IMG/VR virus record: IMGVR_UViG_3300020294_000004
Source of the DNA: an uncultured virus (IMG/VR IMGVR_UViG_3300020294_000004)
Lineage: Duplodnaviria > Heunggongvirae > Uroviricota > Caudoviricetes > Crassvirales
DNA: 64,000 nucleotides
Direction: 5' to 3' (one strand)
In this document: piece by piece, positions 47,329 through 57,209 of the stretch
How positions within the stretch are numbered: the stretch's first letter is position 1
Layout: every line of letters begins with the position of its first letter
Notes under the pieces: model-generated
The model's input: the letters and a program-made list of their open reading frames with translations, nothing else
Database searches by the model: none
Told to the model about the DNA's origin: nothing
Translations under genes and position numbers: made by a program

Positions 47329-50300
47329 TTAGGTTATTACCCAATAAAAGTTAGATGGATTCTGAGGAAAACCAATTCCTGAAAGATCTGTTATTGTATT
47401 ATTAAAAGTTATTCTATCATAACCATTAAAACTTTGCCACAACACTGTAGTTGTACTTGTATTTAAGGTAATATCTAACAATTGAGCATAAGGACTATCA
47501 CCATCAAAAACTACTAATGAATCTGTAGAGCTTGTAACTGAATAAGATACGTTTTGTACTGCTGATACACCTGTTAAAAAATTAATTAAAGTTTGCCCAC
47601 TAGATGTGGTTTCAGAAAAATTAACAACAAATTCATTGTTACCTAGGTTACTCATGTTATATATGTTCATTTTACCATACTGAACACCACCTGCCGGCGT
47701 ACTACACGGTAACCTTTGCGCATCACTTAGTGATCTAAAATTAGTTGCTGTATTAAGGGAACTATTACCAATACAAGGTTGAGCTGTTTGCATTAATTTT
47801 TTACCCGTATTACTAAATTGAGCAGTCCATTTTCTAACAAATGGTTGACCTGTTCTACTGTATGTTGATGTTGATGATGATGAGCTAGTAGGGTTTGGTG
47901 CACCACCATTTTCTGAATTTGCATTTTCATTACCCCATACAACATTTAAATCATCATTATTAACGCCGCTGTATGAAAAATATTTATCACCTGTAGTACC
48001 AGGTACATAAGCAGAAGTTAAAGCAGGATCAGTAAATAATTGTGATATATATCTAAAAGCCCACTCTCTTGCATATACTAATATACTAGGTGTTTGACAA
48101 GCTGCCATTTCTCTTGTGTCATATGCTTCACTTATTCTATATTCATACGATACAGGATTACTAACACTTGTTGTTTTTGTAGCTACTCCTAACTGGTTTA
48201 CATATGTATTTAATAGTTGTTCAGGATTATAAAAATCTCCATAACTTAAATAAACTTGTTGATTTTTAGTTGCTTGATTATAAGACATATACTGTGTAAC
48301 TTCTACATTACCACTAAATACACCTGGACATGTATTAAATTGAGAAAAAGTAGGTATAATCTTATTACCTGCATTAAAACCAGGCGTATTAAAAGGTGGA
48401 GCTGATGCTAAATCTGATTTTATATTATCTCCATAAGGGTATCTTACAACTAATCTATATTCTCCATATCTATCTGGAGCGCTTGATGGTGCTTGACCGT
48501 TACTTTCTCTGTAAGCTGAATTTCTACCTATAGCAAATATTTTTCTACCTGTTGTATTAACAGCAATATTACCACTGTCTTGCTGGCCTGTATATGTACA
48601 CTGAAAAGCGTCATTAACATTGAAAAAATTATCTGAATCTCTTGCTGCATCTGCTTTGTCTATAATACCTGTGTTTCTAAACAATGAACCTAAAGACGTT
48701 GTTATATTTTCATTGTTTATTTGTGTACCACCAAATTTAATTAGTTTACCTTCAACATCATACGCATCAGACCAAGGATCATTACCATTTTCTCTATACT
48801 GAAGTTTAGTTGGCCATATAACTGATGGCTGATACCTTCCAGAACCACCTGTTGGTATATCTAAGTAATTAGTTAATTCATAATCTATAACTATATATGC
48901 TGTTCCAGATTTTAATCCAACAGCAGGTGTTCCACCTTGAGCGCTTGAGGTTTGATCATTTCTTTCTCCTGCCGCAGATCCAGCTAAACCATTTCTAATA
49001 CCTGAACCAGGTCTTATATTAGCATTTCTATTTGTGTTATAAAAATTCCAAGAGTCTAACATTGCTGAAACAGGGCAATCACTAACACTTGTAGTAAGAT
49101 CAAATACAGAACCTCCTGTAGTAGGATTAGCCGCAAAACCTTCAAATTTAGGTGTTAAACTTCCTACATTTTGTTGCCAACCAATAGTGTCTGGATCATA
49201 AAAACCAGGACTAGTAGATTGACCCCAACCAAAAATAGATGATTCAGAACCTAAATTAATAGCTACATTTTTAGCAGCAAAAAAGTCAGTGTTTAAAACA
49301 TCAGATTCATAACCATTACTACCATTTATTGTAAATGAACACGTTGTAGTAGGGTTTCCATTAGGTAAAGGGTATGTTGTATCTACAGCACCTGCGTCTG
49401 TCACAGCTACTGTTATAGGGTAACTTACATTTAACAAACCAGATTCATCTTTTATTGTTGCAGAACCATTACTACCTGTTACAATTTTTATTTCTGGTAA
49501 ACCATCAGTTGGAGAAGCAGGTATTGTAGGTGCAAAACCACTTGTTTGATTTAAACCATATGCTATACCCCATGTAAGATCATCATATTGTTTAGATGTG
49601 TCCGCTGTACCATTTACAGCATTTAATGTAAATAAATCAGTAATACCTGCGTCTGTTCCTACAACACCTGTTGCTGGACAGTTTTGTATTATAGGTGACT
49701 TATTTAACAGTCTTTGATCAAAAGTTAATATTGTTTTAGTTCCAAAATTAGGATTTGTTGATGCATTACCATCTAAATTTTCTACTTCAAATGTAAAAGT
49801 AAAGCTATCATTATCTATAGATTGTTCACCAAAATAAAAATAAGAGTTATTTATAAATATTTGGTAACTAACAGGTGAAGCATTTGCATTTCTTACTAAT
49901 TTAAATTTATTAGAAACATCTTCACCATTGTTGTTAACAACTTGAAAACCAGGTTGTTGTGTTGTGGGCATTGTAGTGCCTGATGTAGCAACTGCTCCTG
50001 ATATGTTACTGTTTTGTACTACTGTTTTTAAACCTGCTGCATCTTCTGTATAAGGAAAAAATGGTTTAGCTACAGCTGTAGCATAACTTCCTGAATAACT
50101 TACATTAGGAGATTGTCCAGGTGCTATATCTTCAAATAAATTAAATGTCCAACTTGATGGTGGATTACTACTTGTATCTGTAGTAAATCCTTTTATACCT
50201 GCTGTTGTTTGTATTGCTTCATTTAACTCAGCTATTGTACCTGTTGTAGAAGTTTCCCAATATATATCTAGTCTAGATTCAGTAGGTATTGTTTCATATA

Positions 50301-52851
50301 TACTTAACCAAGTATTAACAGCTGTTGTACCTGATGCAGGAACTGTAGAACCAACAGGTTGAGTTATAGATACTCTAGCCATTGATGGATTAGAAGCTGT
50401 TTGATATATAGATCCAAACTTTATATTCGTAGTGTTATCAAATAAATCATTTTGATCACTAATTGTAGCAACTGTATCAGGTAAAGCAATATTTGTAGCT
50501 GTATTTATAGGGTTAAACTGATAGTTATCTAAAGGTTGAGCTATTGAAGAGGGTGCTACTCTACCAAATAAACGAACAGAACTTCTAAATTGTTTTTGTT
50601 CTGGACCTACTTCTGTAAGATCTCTTGGTACTTTATTTATATTATCGTTTAATAAAGTTATATAAGATACGGATCCAGCTACATCTGGATCAGCTGTAAC
50701 AGGAGGATAAAAATTCATTAAACCAGGTAAATACACATTATAATAATCTTGTTCTGTTTGTTTAACTACTATTTTATAACTGTACCAACCTAACGGATTA
50801 TAGCTTGCACTTGTTGGATCACCATTATATAAACCTGGCCAACCATTTTGTGTATTAGCTTGAAACTCAGGAACAATAGCATTAAATAATACTTTAATAG
50901 AATCACCTGGCCATGTATTTATATTGTTATCTGCATTATTAGTACTAGATACAGTATTATAAGGAAAATATATTGTATCACCTAATAAAGTTAAATTATC
51001 TTCATCTGTTCCTTGGCTTGTTGCTGATGATAATATTGTAGTAGATGATCTACCATATTTATCAGATAATACAACCCCTACTTGATAGTTTCTATTTTGT
51101 TTAATAGTGTGCATTGGATACTCCCTAGATGATGTTTTATATAGTGGAGCAGGCACCGTAGGATCATCTGTTACAAAATTTGTGTATTTTTCTGATACAG
51201 CAACATTATAATTTAAAGTTTCTGGTGGTGTATGTTTATTTTGAAAGTTACTATATACTACCCTATTACTTATTATTTCTTGACCTAAAGCTCTTACCGG
51301 TGATTTATCATATACTCTTATTAGTTCACTTTCAGGTAAAGTTTTATAAGGTTTAGTACTTTGATAGTTATAAGGTATAACATTACCTGCACCACCTAGC
51401 TCTGCATAACCACCAGTACCCTCCCAAGAAATAGCATCTACTACTTGAACAGCTAATGCATCAGACTCTTTATAAAGTATTTCTATTTCTTCAATTTTTA
51501 ATTTAGTAAATAATTCATTAGCTGGTACATGGTTGTTGTTTTCATCTAATGGTGTAGGTATTTGTAATATAATATTATTAACTTTATTTTCCATAAAATC
51601 AACAACTGTACTTCTGAATGTAGATTGTTCATCAGTAGTCATACCTGTAGGAGTTGTGTTATTTAAAAAATAACCATCTTGTTTAGGTATAAAAGCAGCC
51701 TGCGTAAAAGGTGCCATAATAGAATATTCACCTGTATCGTATTTAAATCTATAACTAAATTTTACAAACTTATCTTCTAAAAAATCAGGATCTCCATTAA
51801 ACTTAGGGTTGTAATTAGGATTTGTTGTTAAACCAGGATAATCAGAGTTATATGTTCCGCCTGGATTCATTTTACTACTAGCATCTAACATACTGGTTAC
51901 ATAGTAGTTAGGTGTAGATATATTGGTAAGAGTATTCTGATTAAAATATATAATAGTACCAGAAGGTATATCTTGAGTTACAGTAGCTAAAGGTGTACCA
52001 GCTGCTATATTAGCAACATCAATTATAGTCATTTGATTACCATTAGCAAAGCTTTGTAATACTGAATTAGCTGGTATACCAGGTACAGTTGCACCATTTG
52101 CATCTACAGCTGTAATAGTAGATCCTACTAAAGTTTTAGGATCTGTTCCTAATGTTGCAGCAATACCTAAACGATTATTAGATGTTATTAATATAGTACT
52201 GCTTCCTGTAGATGTTATGCCATCTGTAACAGCTGAACCTCCATTAGGTAAAAATGTTGACTCTCTTTTGTAATATAAATTTATAGGTTGAAAAGGAGCA
52301 TATGTTGCAACCGATATTTGGTCTTCAGTTGTATAATAACCTGCTTCTTTTGTTATATCTATTCTTCTTGGTTGGTTTCTATTGTCTGTCCAAAATAATA
52401 TGTTTTCTAATAAATTAACACCAATAATAGGTTTGTTTTTAGAAAAATTTAAAAAGGCTCCACTTAGTAATTGAATAGAAACACCTGTAGCTACATTATA
52501 AACATATACATAGTTGTTAGCTGTAGAAGAATAATTAAGTGATTGAGGTGTATAAGTATAACTAGCTGTGTTTAATGTTTCGTCATAGTCAGTTAGAAAT
52601 ATATATATGTTCGTACTTACTTCGTCTGTGTAAAAACCAATAGTTTCTAAGTCACAATTACAACCACTTATACTTTTATAGTCTTGTATTTCTATATTAC
52701 CTAATACATTTTCTAACGCTCCAACGTCGGCACCTTCTGATTTACTTACTTGTATATTAATTCCTTCACGATACTCACCATTTGGTAATAGCCTGGCATC
52801 CAGGTCTTTATTCATTTTGGACTTAATAAAAGCATTTTTAACTTCTGCCAT
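47329..52851 (-). CDS. large tail (nozzle/stabilisation) protein
   Basis: MNKDLD.RL.P.GEYR, LFWTDN.NQPR, FSYRFKY..GEYS, R.YQVGVV..D.YGR. Confidence 0.7.
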   Translation of the reverse strand: MAEVKNAFIKSKMNKDLDARLLPNGEYREGINIQVSKSEGADVGALENVLGNIEIQDYKSISGCNCDLETIGFYTDEVSTNIYIFLTDYDETLNTASYTYTPQSLNYSSTANNYVYVYNVATGVSIQLLSGAFLNFSKNKPIIGVNLLENILFWTDNRNQPRRIDITKEAGYYTTEDQISVATYAPFQPINLYYKRESTFLPNGGSAVTDGITSTGSSTILITSNNRLGIAATLGTDPKTLVGSTITAVDANGATVPGIPANSVLQSFANGNQMTIIDVANIAAGTPLATVTQDIPSGTIIYFNQNTLTNISTPNYYVTSMLDASSKMNPGGTYNSDYPGLTTNPNYNPKFNGDPDFLEDKFVKFSYRFKYDTGEYSIMAPFTQAAFIPKQDGYFLNNTTPTGMTTDEQSTFRSTVVDFMENKVNNIILQIPTPLDENNNHVPANELFTKLKIEEIEILYKESDALAVQVVDAISWEGTGGYAELGGAGNVIPYNYQSTKPYKTLPESELIRVYDKSPVRALGQEIISNRVVYSNFQNKHTPPETLNYNVAVSEKYTNFVTDDPTVPAPLYKTSSREYPMHTIKQNRNYQVGVVLSDKYGRSSTTILSSATSQGTDEDNLTLLGDTIYFPYNTVSSTNNADNNINTWPGDSIKVLFNAIVPEFQANTQNGWPGLYNGDPTSASYNPLGWYSYKIVVKQTEQDYYNVYLPGLMNFYPPVTADPDVAGSVSYITLLNDNINKVPRDLTEVGPEQKQFRSSVRLFGRVAPSSIAQPLDNYQFNPINTATNIALPDTVATISDQNDLFDNTTNIKFGSIYQTASNPSMARVSITQPVGSTVPASGTTAVNTWLSIYETIPTESRLDIYWETSTTGTIAELNEAIQTTAGIKGFTTDTSSNPPSSWTFNLFEDIAPGQSPNVSYSGSYATAVAKPFFPYTEDAAGLKTVVQNSNISGAVATSGTTMPTTQQPGFQVVNNNGEDVSNKFKLVRNANASPVSYQIFINNSYFYFGEQSIDNDSFTFTFEVENLDGNASTNPNFGTKTILTFDQRLLNKSPIIQNCPATGVVGTDAGITDLFTLNAVNGTADTSKQYDDLTWGIAYGLNQTSGFAPTIPASPTDGLPEIKIVTGSNGSATIKDESGLLNVSYPITVAVTDAGAVDTTYPLPNGNPTTTCSFTINGSNGYESDVLNTDFFAAKNVAINLGSESSIFGWGQSTSPGFYDPDTIGWQQNVGSLTPKFEGFAANPTTGGSVFDLTTSVSDCPVSAMLDSWNFYNTNRNANIRPGSGIRNGLAGSAAGERNDQTSSAQGGTPAVGLKSGTAYIVIDYELTNYLDIPTGGSGRYQPSVIWPTKLQYRENGNDPWSDAYDVEGKLIKFGGTQINNENITTSLGSLFRNTGIIDKADAARDSDNFFNVNDAFQCTYTGQQDSGNIAVNTTGRKIFAIGRNSAYRESNGQAPSSAPDRYGEYRLVVRYPYGDNIKSDLASAPPFNTPGFNAGNKIIPTFSQFNTCPGVFSGNVEVTQYMSYNQATKNQQVYLSYGDFYNPEQLLNTYVNQLGVATKTTSVSNPVSYEYRISEAYDTREMAACQTPSILVYAREWAFRYISQLFTDPALTSAYVPGTTGDKYFSYSGVNNDDLNVVWGNENANSENGGAPNPTSSSSSTSTYSRTGQPFVRKWTAQFSNTGKKLMQTAQPCIGNSSLNTATNFRSLSDAQRLPCSTPAGGVQYGKMNIYNMSNLGNNEFVVNFSETTSSGQTLINFLTGVSAVQNVSYSVTSSTDSLVVFDGDSPYAQLLDITLNTSTTTVLWQSFNGYDRITFNNTITDLSGIGFPQNPSNFYWVIT

Positions 52852-52856
52852 TTAAT

Positions 52857-54080
52857 TTAGTTTTTAAGCCATTTAGATTTACCTCTCATAATCTGAATAA
52901 ACTCGTTAGATTTTATATTAGATAATCTTATTTTTGCGTTTCTTAATTTTGCACTTTTTTCTTGTTTAAGTCTTCTTATTATATATTCAGGTTGATTTAT
53001 TCTACTAGCTAGTATAGCGTGACTTAAATAAGCATATACTGCTTCTTCAGCTAATTTTGGTACACGCATATCTTGATCATATGCAAGACCATCTGAAATA
53101 TATTCTAAAACAATTAATTTTTCTTTTAGATCACTAGAAAAAGAAAACTTACCATCTCTATCATTAATAGTAAACCAACCATTCATTTGTGCTCTTTCAG
53201 GCTGTAAACCATACATTTGGCCATAACCATATAAACCATAACCAAAATAACCATATAAACCATCAGATATAAGTCTACCTGCTATATCATCTCTTACTTC
53301 TTTTAATATCTCTGTGTTTTGATCTCTATATCTTTCTTCTGTTAGCGATGTGCCAGTTAAATTACTACCGGAATTATCTTGTGTAGCAATACCACTAGTA
53401 TCTTGAATAGGTTTACTATATGGATTAGTAGTCAATGAGTTAGGGTATATAATGTGTTTTATACCATTTTGATCTATCCAAGAAACATTAACATAATTAA
53501 CATAGTCTTGAGGTATTGGCACACTTAAACTAGGTGGTATAGTTAACTCTTGAGATTTAATACTTTTTAATGTATCATAACTAAATTCTTGTAAAGCTCT
53601 TTTAGTATGAAAAATAACATCTGTTCTTTTAACACTAGGTATTAATTTTCCAGCCCCTACATAAGCTACTAAAAAGTTTGTTACAAGCTCTGCAACTCTT
53701 ATATATGAATAACTATTATAATTTTCTTGTACAACTTTACCTAACGCATCTTTATTACCATAGTTACCACCTCCTTGAGTTAAAAGCTGAATAACTACAT
53801 AAGTACCAGCTGCTTGTGATGGTAATGTAAAAGTATTATTTACTACAGTGTAAGTTGTTGTGTATTCTGTAAAAGTACCTGTAGCTCCACTTGCACTTGT
53901 ATATAATCTAAAATTGTTATCATTATATGCTTCTTTTGTAGGATCAGAACTTCCAAATTTTATATCTGTATCAAAAGTAGCTTTAAAAACAGTTTGATTT
54001 GTAGTAGCAATAAAGATTTGACTTCCTGCATAATATTGTGCGTTTGTCTCAGTAATTAAACCTCCATTTGGTTGTGACAT
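52857..54080 (-). CDS. tail adaptor / tubular protein
   Basis: 407 aa, P.DYVNYV, LEY.SDG; lies downstream of the capsid genes. Confidence 0.6.
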   Translation of the reverse strand: MSQPNGGLITETNAQYYAGSQIFIATTNQTVFKATFDTDIKFGSSDPTKEAYNDNNFRLYTSASGATGTFTEYTTTYTVVNNTFTLPSQAAGTYVVIQLLTQGGGNYGNKDALGKVVQENYNSYSYIRVAELVTNFLVAYVGAGKLIPSVKRTDVIFHTKRALQEFSYDTLKSIKSQELTIPPSLSVPIPQDYVNYVNVSWIDQNGIKHIIYPNSLTTNPYSKPIQDTSGIATQDNSGSNLTGTSLTEERYRDQNTEILKEVRDDIAGRLISDGLYGYFGYGLYGYGQMYGLQPERAQMNGWFTINDRDGKFSFSSDLKEKLIVLEYISDGLAYDQDMRVPKLAEEAVYAYLSHAILASRINQPEYIIRRLKQEKSAKLRNAKIRLSNIKSNEFIQIMRGKSKWLKN

Positions 54081-54086
54081 AGTTTA

Positions 54087-54845
54087 TTATATTTTTTCGT
54101 TCTGTTCATTAATAGCAACTTGCTGTGAAGCATCTTGTACTATTTGTGGATCTCTTATTATAACTCCAGCATATTTTAAAATTTGAAGTATAGTATTTGT
54201 TTGTTCTGACTCATGTAATTCAAAATTACGTGAACCTGTTGGTGCATTAGTTGGATTATAATCAGCATTGTTATATATATACTGACCTAAAGTACCTACA
54301 TCAAAACCCCATATTGGATCATTAGGTTTTTTAATATAATCTAACTGTATATCACCATTAGTAACTATAGTTGTTGGTTTAACATATAGTTTATTATCCT
54401 CATATAAATATATAGGAAAAGTTGTTGAAGGTTTTGTTAACAAAGATTTGTCTACTTGATAAAACTCTTGTCTATCTAATCTTTGTACTTCTGTTTCATT
54501 ATTATATAAAACTGTACCAAGCCTATAAAGCTCTACAGTATTACCATATGAATCTGAAGTTGGTGGTACCCAATAAGAAAGGTTACCTGAGGTGACATAA
54601 GAAGCATCACCGAAAGTTTTAAATATAGCTATTTTTTCATCTAAATTTTTCACTCTATCAGCATAATCTGTATCTGTTTGTGGAACACGTATTTGCTGAT
54701 TCATATCTTCAAAATATTTTTCAAATATTTCTAGTTGTACTTGTGTTCCTATACTATTAAATTCAGTAGGTGTTATATAACCTCTTTGTTCTTTATTTAA
54801 TATAAGTAAAACAGTTTGGTATACCGTATTTACATTTATAGCCAT
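54087..54845 (-). CDS. head-tail connector / ring protein
   Basis: NKEQRGY.TP.EFN, Y.KKP..P.W motifs; position. Confidence 0.6.
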   Translation of the reverse strand: MAINVNTVYQTVLLILNKEQRGYITPTEFNSIGTQVQLEIFEKYFEDMNQQIRVPQTDTDYADRVKNLDEKIAIFKTFGDASYVTSGNLSYWVPPTSDSYGNTVELYRLGTVLYNNETEVQRLDRQEFYQVDKSLLTKPSTTFPIYLYEDNKLYVKPTTIVTNGDIQLDYIKKPNDPIWGFDVGTLGQYIYNNADYNPTNAPTGSRNFELHESEQTNTILQILKYAGVIIRDPQIVQDASQQVAINEQNEKI

Positions 54846-54860
54846 GTGTATTTTTTATTA

Positions 54861-54891
54861 TAATAAAGGAGGCATTACACCTCCCTTATTA
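54861..54891 (-). terminator. stem-loop (terminator or mRNA stabiliser)
   Basis: Reverse complement TAATAAGGGAGGTG-TAA-TGCCTCCTTTATTA. Confidence 0.6.
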
Positions 54892-54901
54892 GTATTACAT
54901 A

Positions 54902-55672
54902 TTAAGAAAGTTTTTTCTCTATAGACTTGTATATATCAAGTCCTTCATCTGTCTTAAAAAATTGTGCCATTGCAGAATATGGATGTTCATCAAATGGTAC
55001 AGTCATTAGTTTTTTATTGTTAGATGCCCAATGAAAAGTTTTTTGATCTGAACTTAAAGTTATTATACCTGCTTCAGTTGCTTTTATTGCAAAGTTTCTT
55101 AGTTGCACATTTTCATCATTAGCTAAATCTAAGAACAATTTTGCATTCTTTTTAGCAAACACTAACAAATCTCTTTTAATTTCTTTAGAGCTCATCTCAG
55201 ATACCTTAGATCCAACCTCTACTCTTAATATAGCTTCTGCTTGATCAATATCAATTGTTCTTGCCATATTTAAAGCATCTATTTCCATTTCAAGATCTAT
55301 TAAATCATCTTCAGCTTCTATTACTTCATCAACTTCTTTATATCTTTTGTTTTTTAAAGGATGATATAAAGATAATATTTTTTGAAGTGCTTGTTCTTTT
55401 TTATTTACATATAAAGAACCATCTCTAAATATTATATGGCCTAATGTTGCTTCTCCTTTTTGTTCATCTTTAAAAGGTGAATTTTGATTAGTGGCATATC
55501 TAATTTCTCTCTGTTCTTTATTTACAGTGTCATACCATAATAATGAATGTCTAGTTGTATGACGTGATGGTATTTTGTATGTTAATGGACTATAAGGTCC
55601 TGTTAAGACATATGTCCTATCTTTTACTTCCCAGCTATTTTTAACAGCTGATTTTTCAGTTTTTGTTTTCAT
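54902..55672 (-). CDS. conserved hypothetical protein downstream of the capsid gene
   Basis: 256-aa ATG ORF. Confidence 0.7.
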   Translation of the reverse strand: MKTKTEKSAVKNSWEVKDRTYVLTGPYSPLTYKIPSRHTTRHSLLWYDTVNKEQREIRYATNQNSPFKDEQKGEATLGHIIFRDGSLYVNKKEQALQKILSLYHPLKNKRYKEVDEVIEAEDDLIDLEMEIDALNMARTIDIDQAEAILRVEVGSKVSEMSSKEIKRDLLVFAKKNAKLFLDLANDENVQLRNFAIKATEAGIITLSSDQKTFHWASNNKKLMTVPFDEHPYSAMAQFFKTDEGLDIYKSIEKKLS

Positions 55673-55697
55673 GATATAATATAATTAAATAGTTAAT

Positions 55698-55736
55698 GTA
55701 AAGGCAGGAGCACCATTAAGATGCTCCTTTCTTTAC
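55698..55736 (-). terminator. stem-loop after the major capsid gene
   Basis: Reverse complement GTAAAG-aa-AGGAGCATC-TTAAT-GGTGCTCCT-gc-CTTTAC. Confidence 0.65.
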
Positions 55737-55743
55737 TAAAAAA

Positions 55744-57192
55744 TTAAATACCTTTGAATAATACAAAGTTATTTGCAGCTTGAGTTACTAAACATCTTTC
55801 TGATAGGAAGTTTACTTCCATAGCATCAAGATTAGAAGTGTAAGCACCTCCAGCTGATCCAGTTAACCAAGACTTCATACGTCTGTCTTCTGTTTGAGAA
55901 GCTCTATATCTAACGTGTAAGAATGGTCTTCTAATGTTTGTACCTAAAATTTGGTCATAAACAGTTGAAGTACCAGCAGGGATTAATACTCCTTCAATTG
56001 ATTGAGTACCATCAATAGCACCTCTTGTAGAAGCGTCATTTAAGTATTTCCAATCAGTTTTGTAGAAGTCATATGAACCTCTTCTGAAACCACTAAATCC
56101 AAGATTTAAAGCCATTTCTTCTGAGTTTTCAAATAATCCATAAGCAGTACCACCATTGCTACCGTAAGATACATTAGATAACATGTTATCAAAGTCTAAA
56201 GCTGTAGATCTTTGTAAGAATAACATATTTTCTTCAATAGCACCTTGAGTATCTAGGTTTTTAAGTATTGCATCAAAGTCATCTAAACCAGAAGCCGCAG
56301 AAAATCCTACTTCTACGTTACCTCTTGTAGAGATAGCAGCGAAAAGACCTTCAGTACCTTTGAAACCAGCAGCAAATGCATCACCAGCTCCAACGTTAAC
56401 AGCTTTTTCACCTTCAACACATACCATTTCTAAATAATCTTCAAATCTAAGTCTTGTTTCAGACTCAGCTTTTAAATACCATAAATAACCTGTAGTTCCA
56501 TCTTCTGTAGCAACTTCAACCCAACCTATTTGAGCCATATCAGATCCGTTTATTGTGTAAACATTTCTAATTATGATAGGTGAATTGTTATATTGTTGAA
56601 AAGCAGGAGTTACAGTTATCTGTGGTTGAACAGCTGTATTTCCAGTTATGTTACCTGCAGCAGCGTTAGATGTAGCAGCGCCTTTAACAAATTCTGAACC
56701 ATATACAAATATTTTAAATTTAGCTGCATTAATGCTAGCTAAAGTTGTAGCAGTATAAGGAGATACGTGAACGTGACCGTTTGCAGTATCTGACTCAGTT
56801 ACAACACCTTTAAGCTCTGCACCTTGATCATCTAATAAAACTACTGTTGAACCGGGTGAAATAACATTTCTTGTTACACCTGGAGAAGTAGGAAGTGGAA
56901 CAGTTACTCTTCTTGTTCCGTTGTGAGTACAGTTATCATATGCAATATGTAATCTGTTTTGTTCTGACCAAACAACTTGATCTGAAGTCATAGGCATTTC
57001 AGCACCTACCATACGTAAAAAACCAGAAAGAGTTCTGTTTCCATATCTTTCTACTTCTTGTTCGTATATTTCAGGTAGATATTGCTGAGCAAAATCATTA
57101 TTACCATCTGTAAAAGATAGGTAATTACTGGCTAATAGCTGCTGATTAGGAGCAGGAACTATTGAGCCAAATTGTGGAGTTAAAATTCCCAT
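55744..57192 (-). CDS. major capsid protein
   Basis: 482 aa, follows scaffold and portal; biased codons (TTC, AAC, TAC); downstream hairpin. Confidence 0.8.
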   Translation of the reverse strand: MGILTPQFGSIVPAPNQQLLASNYLSFTDGNNDFAQQYLPEIYEQEVERYGNRTLSGFLRMVGAEMPMTSDQVVWSEQNRLHIAYDNCTHNGTRRVTVPLPTSPGVTRNVISPGSTVVLLDDQGAELKGVVTESDTANGHVHVSPYTATTLASINAAKFKIFVYGSEFVKGAATSNAAAGNITGNTAVQPQITVTPAFQQYNNSPIIIRNVYTINGSDMAQIGWVEVATEDGTTGYLWYLKAESETRLRFEDYLEMVCVEGEKAVNVGAGDAFAAGFKGTEGLFAAISTRGNVEVGFSAASGLDDFDAILKNLDTQGAIEENMLFLQRSTALDFDNMLSNVSYGSNGGTAYGLFENSEEMALNLGFSGFRRGSYDFYKTDWKYLNDASTRGAIDGTQSIEGVLIPAGTSTVYDQILGTNIRRPFLHVRYRASQTEDRRMKSWLTGSAGGAYTSNLDAMEVNFLSERCLVTQAANNFVLFKGI

Positions 57193-57209
57193 AATTTATT
57201 TATTTATTT